From: an uncultured Actinomycetes bacterium
Lineage (GTDB): Bacteria > Actinomycetota > UBA4738 > HRBIN12
Direction: 5' to 3'
DNA length: 64,000 bases
NCBI GenBank assembly: GCA_963704885.1
Contig: CAVPIB010000001.1
Span: forward strand, 672,001 to 736,000
This document shows positions 59,852 to 64,000 of the stretch, piece after piece. The notes beneath the pieces were generated by a model that had not been told where the DNA came from, searched no databases, and worked only from the letters and a program-made list of their open reading frames with translations. The position numbers and the translations under genes were made by a program. The first letter of the stretch is position 1; every line of letters begins with the position of its first letter.

Positions 59852-61299
59852 TCGACACGCCCAAGCTCGAGTTCGCCCCGATCCTCCCGGAGCTCTTCCT
59901 GTGCGGGGTCGCGATCGTCGGGCTGCTCTACGAGGCACTCGCGCCCAGGGCCGAACGGTTATGGCACCTGGCCTTGGCGCTCGCAGGTGTGGTCGCGGCC
60001 GCACTGGCTACGTTCCCGCTATGGCACTGGCCGGGCGACCCTACGGTCATGGCGGGCATGGTCGCGGTCGATCGCTTCTCCGTGGTGTCCCGACTCGTGC
60101 TGCTGGGGATCGCTGCCATGGGACTGCTCTTGGGCACTCACTACTTCGCGCGTTCGGGCGACGAGCCCCGCGGCGAGTTCTACCCACTCGTCCTGTTCGC
60201 GACCGCGGGGATGACCCTGATCACAGCCTCGGCCGACCTGATCTTGGTGTTCCTCTCGCTCGAGATCCTCTCGCTCTCGCTCTACGTGTTGACGGGCATC
60301 ACCGGAAGGCCGGCCGCCAACGAAGCGGCCATGAAGTACTTCCTGCTTGGAGCGTTCTCTTCCGCGTTCTTCCTCTTCGGGGTCGCGTGGGCGTACGGAG
60401 CCACCGCCACTACATCCATCGCCGCGATTGCGAATGCCCTGGCCGGCCAGACGGGTAGCCAGGCCCTGGCGCTCATGGCGTTCGCGTTCCTGGCTATCGG
60501 GTTCGGGTTCAAGGTCGCGGCGGTGCCGTTCCACATGTGGACCCCCGACGTGTATCAGGGGGCCCCGACCCCAGTTACGGCGTTCATGTCCGCCGCAACC
60601 AAGGTTGCCGCGTTCCTGGCGTTGATCCGCGTCCTCGACGTGGCGTTCCAGCCCCTCACGTGGGACTGGACGCCCGTCGTGTGGGTCCTGGCTGCGGCCA
60701 GCGTGATCGTGGGGAGCGTGCTCGCGATCGCCCAGAGCGATATCAAGCGGATGCTCGCCTACTCGGCCATCGCGCACACGGGTTTCATCCTCACCGGGCT
60801 CACAGCCGCGGACCAGACAGGGATCCGAAGCGCCATGTTCTACCTCGTCGCCTACTCGTTGATGACTCTGGGTGCGTTCGGCGTGGTGATGCTCGTCTCG
60901 GCCAGGGGAGAGGAGCAGACGGCACTCACGTCGTACGCGGGGCTCGCCAAGCGGAGCCCTCTGTTGGCCGGGCTCATGGCCCTGTTCTTGCTCTCGCTCG
61001 CGGGGATCCCGCCCACCGCGGGGTTCGTGGCTAAGGTTGGGGTGTTCGGGGCGGCGATCGGGGCCGGGTACTGGCCGCTCGCGGCGATCGGGGTCATCTC
61101 GAGCGTGGCGGCGGCCTTCTTCTACCTGAGGGTGATCGTCCTTATGTACATGCAGGAACCCCAGGGCGTGCACGACGAGGATCGCTCGGTCCTTCCCCGG
61201 GTCGCGCTCACGATCCCGGCTATCCTCACGCTGGTCCTAGGCGTCTTCCCCGGCCTGATCCTGGGGATCCTCGAGAGGGCCTCGATCCTCAGGTGGTGA
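59848..61299 (+). CDS. nuoN: NADH-quinone oxidoreductase subunit N
   Basis: EAAMKYFL, FKVAAVPFHMWTPDVYQGAP and SLAGIPP. Confidence 0.95.
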   Translation: MIDTPKLEFAPILPELFLCGVAIVGLLYEALAPRAERLWHLALALAGVVAAALATFPLWHWPGDPTVMAGMVAVDRFSVVSRLVLLGIAAMGLLLGTHYFARSGDEPRGEFYPLVLFATAGMTLITASADLILVFLSLEILSLSLYVLTGITGRPAANEAAMKYFLLGAFSSAFFLFGVAWAYGATATTSIAAIANALAGQTGSQALALMAFAFLAIGFGFKVAAVPFHMWTPDVYQGAPTPVTAFMSAATKVAAFLALIRVLDVAFQPLTWDWTPVVWVLAAASVIVGSVLAIAQSDIKRMLAYSAIAHTGFILTGLTAADQTGIRSAMFYLVAYSLMTLGAFGVVMLVSARGEEQTALTSYAGLAKRSPLLAGLMALFLLSLAGIPPTAGFVAKVGVFGAAIGAGYWPLAAIGVISSVAAAFFYLRVIVLMYMQEPQGVHDEDRSVLPRVALTIPAILTLVLGVFPGLILGILERASILRW

Positions 61300-61303
61300 T
61301 GAG

Positions 61304-62317
61304 ATGAGCCGACGCGTGATCCCTGGATTGGAGGCTCCGGACGCGGCCCTCGAGGCCGACATCCGAGCGCGGCTGGACCAGGTCGAGCAGGCGCTCGAGA
61401 AATCGGTGAAGGTCGAAGCCTCAGGACTGCTCTCCGAGACGTCTTCCTATCTGATCGCGGCCGGCGGCAAGCGCTTCCGCGCGATGCTGGTTCTGCTTTC
61501 CGGTTACTTCGGCGATCCCACCGACCCGCGGTTGATCCCCGGGTCGGTCGCGATCGAGCTGGTGCATCTTGCAACGCTCTACCACGACGACGTGATCGAC
61601 GAGGCAGATGCCCGGCGGGGCGCTCCTTCGGCGAACACGCGGTGGGACAACACCGTGGCCATCCTCACGGGCGACTTCCTGTTCGCCCGCGCCTCGGAGA
61701 TCTCAACAGAGCTCGGGACCGATGTATGTGGGTTGCTCGCTCGGACGATCGCGATCCTTTGTGACGGACAGATCCGCGAGGTTGACAGCTCGGCCAAGGT
61801 GGAGCAGTCAGAGGACAACTACCTGGAGATCATCCGCCGCAAGACGGCCTCCTTGATCGCGACATCTTGCCGGCTGGGGGGCATGCTTTCGGACGCCGTG
61901 CCCGAGCACACGGACACCATCGAGGAGTTCGGTGACGCACTGGGCATGGCCTTCCAGCTCTCCGACGACATCATGGACATCACCGCGTCTCAGCTGGAGC
62001 TGGGTAAGGAGCCCGGGTCGGACCTTCGACTCGGCGTGTATACGGCGCCCGTCCTGCACGCGTTGGCCCATGACGAACACCGAGAGGAGCTCGCTCGGAT
62101 CCTGGGTCACGGTGCACCGGACGGGGAGATGCTCGATCGAGCGTTGCAGATCGTGAGGGGCGGACGCTCGATCGACCATGCCCGGCAGGCCGTGACGACC
62201 GAGGTCGACCGGGCGATCGCGTTGGCTCGTCGGCTCCCCGAGGGGCCCGCTCAGCACGCGTTGGAGCAGCTCGCGCGCTTCCTGGCGGTCCGCTGTGGAG
62301 CGGAGCATTCGCCGTGA
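61304..62317 (+). CDS. Long-chain polyprenyl diphosphate synthase (HepT-like)
   Basis: GGKRFR, LYHDDVID..RRG, KTASL, FQLSDDIMD and GKEPGSDL. Confidence 0.9.
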   Translation: MSRRVIPGLEAPDAALEADIRARLDQVEQALEKSVKVEASGLLSETSSYLIAAGGKRFRAMLVLLSGYFGDPTDPRLIPGSVAIELVHLATLYHDDVIDEADARRGAPSANTRWDNTVAILTGDFLFARASEISTELGTDVCGLLARTIAILCDGQIREVDSSAKVEQSEDNYLEIIRRKTASLIATSCRLGGMLSDAVPEHTDTIEEFGDALGMAFQLSDDIMDITASQLELGKEPGSDLRLGVYTAPVLHALAHDEHREELARILGHGAPDGEMLDRALQIVRGGRSIDHARQAVTTEVDRAIALARRLPEGPAQHALEQLARFLAVRCGAEHSP

Positions 62318-62339
62318 TTGATCCTGCTAGGATCCGCGC

Positions 62340-62357
62340 TCGGGAAACCGTTCACAA
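62340..62357. promoter_or_regulatory. Possible Rex operator before the second nuo cluster
   Basis: TCGGGAAACCGTTCACAA, perfect right half-site, two mismatches in the left. Confidence 0.5.
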
Positions 62358-62359
62358 AC

Positions 62360-62725
62360 GTGTCTAACTACTATCAGTCGTACGCGGTAGTGCTCGCGGT
62401 CGCCGTGGCCGGCGTCGCGTTGGTCGCCGTCGCGTTCGGGGCCGCGCGATTGATAGCCCCCAGTAGGCCACTCGCCGCCAAGCTCACGACCTACGAATGC
62501 GGCATCGACCCGGTCGGCGAGGGCTGGTCGCAGAGCGAGGTCCGCTACTACATCTACGGCTTCCTCTTCGTGATATTCGATGTGGAGAGCGTGTTCCTCT
62601 TCCCTTGGGCCCGGGTCTTCGAGAGCCTGGGGTACACGGCGGTCGTCGAGATGGGCATCTTCATCGGCATCCTGGCCGTCGGGCTCCTGTACGCCTGGCG
62701 CAAAGGGGTCCTGAAGTGGGCCTGA
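62360..62725 (+). CDS. nuoA: NADH-quinone oxidoreductase subunit A, second copy
   Basis: [20 protein letters not shown] and YAWRKGVL. Confidence 0.9.
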   Translation: MSNYYQSYAVVLAVAVAGVALVAVAFGAARLIAPSRPLAAKLTTYECGIDPVGEGWSQSEVRYYIYGFLFVIFDVESVFLFPWARVFESLGYTAVVEMGIFIGILAVGLLYAWRKGVLKWA

Positions 62726-63228
62726 TCACCGAGCGAACCCCCATCCCGAGGATCAAGCCGGTCAAGTTCATCCTGAACTGGGGCCGCCGCTACTCCCTAT
62801 GGGTCATGAACTTCGGCCTGGCCTGTTGCGCCATCGAGTTGATCGCTACGTCGACCTCCAAGCACGACTTCATCCGATTGGGAGTCATCCCGTTCGCGCA
62901 CGGACCTCGGCAGGCGGACCTGTTGGTGGTGGCCGGCACCCTCACCGACAAGATGGCGCCGGCTCTCCAGCGTGTGTACGACCAGATCCCCGACCCCAAG
63001 TACGTGATCTCCTTCGGGTCGTGCTCCAACTGTGGCGGACCGTACTGGGACTCCTACTCTGTGACCAAGGGGGTCGACCAGATCATCCCCGTCGACGTCT
63101 ACGTGCCGGGCTGCCCACCGCGACCCGAGGCGCTCCTGCACGGCATCATCCGCCTGCAGGAGAAGATCAAGGACGAGGACATCCAGGAGAAGTTCAGTGG
63201 CAGGGACTCCGCGCCCGCTCTCTCCTGA
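62716..63228 (+). CDS. nuoB: NADH-quinone oxidoreductase subunit B, second copy
   Basis: [16 protein letters not shown] and [13 protein letters not shown]. Confidence 0.92.
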   Translation: MGLITERTPIPRIKPVKFILNWGRRYSLWVMNFGLACCAIELIATSTSKHDFIRLGVIPFAHGPRQADLLVVAGTLTDKMAPALQRVYDQIPDPKYVISFGSCSNCGGPYWDSYSVTKGVDQIIPVDVYVPGCPPRPEALLHGIIRLQEKIKDEDIQEKFSGRDSAPALS

Positions 63229-63724
63229 CGACGTTGCGTCCCGTCTCCGCGCTCGGTTCGGAGAGGACATCCTCGACGCCGTCGAGCAGCACGGTCACGC
63301 GGTGGCGAAGGTCTCGATCGACAGCTACCGCGACGTCTGCCGGTTCCTACGCGACGAACCGGAGTTCGCGTGCGACTACTGCGACTTCACCGGTGGCGTC
63401 GACTTCGGCCCGGACAACGGCTTCGAAGTCGTTACGCATCTGTTCTCGACGACGCATCACCACAACATCCGTCTCAAGGTTGCTTTGCCGTACCAAGACC
63501 CGGTCTGTCCCACGATCTCCGACCTCTTCCCTACGTCGAACTGGCACGAACGCGAGACGCTCGAGATGTTCGGGATCCGGTTCGAAGGACACCCTCAGCC
63601 GGTCAAGCTCCTGTTGTCGGAGCCATTCGAGGGTCACCCGCTCCGCAAGGACTTCCCGCTGATGAGCCGCGAGGCCAAGCCCTGGCCCGGCGCCGTCGAG
63701 GGAGAGGAAGAGGAAGAGGAGTGA
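63197..63724 (+). CDS. nuoC: NADH-quinone oxidoreductase subunit C, second copy
   Basis: [12 protein letters not shown] and [10 protein letters not shown]. Confidence 0.9.
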   Translation: MAGTPRPLSPDDVASRLRARFGEDILDAVEQHGHAVAKVSIDSYRDVCRFLRDEPEFACDYCDFTGGVDFGPDNGFEVVTHLFSTTHHHNIRLKVALPYQDPVCPTISDLFPTSNWHERETLEMFGIRFEGHPQPVKLLLSEPFEGHPLRKDFPLMSREAKPWPGAVEGEEEEEE

Positions 63725-64000
63725 GCGGCCTCTCCCTCGGTCTTGCCCAGGCGGGCACATCGATCTTCGACCAGTGGTTCTCCAACTTCTGGGTCGCCCT
63801 GATCGTGAAAGCGGTGGCGGTCCTGATGTTCTTCCTGGTGGTCCCCTTGGTGGTGGGCTACATCGAGCACAAGGTGCTGGCACACATGCAGTCGCGCCTG
63901 GGCCCAATGGAGGCTGGCATGTTCCACGGGTGGGCGCAGCTGGTCGCCGACGGTGTGAAGTTCGTGCAGAAGGAGAGCGTTATCCCCGCGGCGGCCGACG
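63721..64000 (+). CDS. nuoH: NADH-quinone oxidoreductase subunit H, second copy, 3'-truncated by the window edge
   Basis: Own translation: YIEHKVLAHMQSRLGPMEAG...QLVADGVKFVQKE. Confidence 0.88.
   Translation, partial: MSGLSLGLAQAGTSIFDQWFSNFWVALIVKAVAVLMFFLVVPLVVGYIEHKVLAHMQSRLGPMEAGMFHGWAQLVADGVKFVQKESVIPAAAD

Overview
High-GC chromosomal window from an actinobacterium, inferred from mshA, an RsiG/AmfC homologue, bS22 and the proC-HTH-bS22-glutaredoxin-rex gene order; the split b6-type cytochrome b suggests a non-canonical or deep-branching lineage. The first ~27 kb is mixed housekeeping: sat, an M23 peptidase, asparaginase, mshA, proC, an amine/amino-acid catabolic cluster, pyk, clpS, a Clp1-like kinase, an ECF sigma/anti-sigma pair and rex. 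The remaining ~37 kb is a respiratory supercluster with Rex-type operators: a b6f-like Rieske/cytochrome b complex with a ferredoxin, system II cytochrome c maturation, a caa3 oxidase whose subunit I carries three frameshifts, a fused heme A/O synthase, menJ, a complete nuoA-N and the start of a second nuo cluster. The main unexplained element is a ~300-nt intergenic RNA candidate at 5805-6101. It has its own sigma70-type promoter, six regularly spaced CGCAAGG (GCAA-tetraloop) hairpins, a 13-bp closing stem ending in a tRNA-like ACCA and a downstream terminator-like hairpin. No tRNA, rRNA, CRISPR array or IS element was recognised. All calls rest on visual motif recognition; no database search was run.
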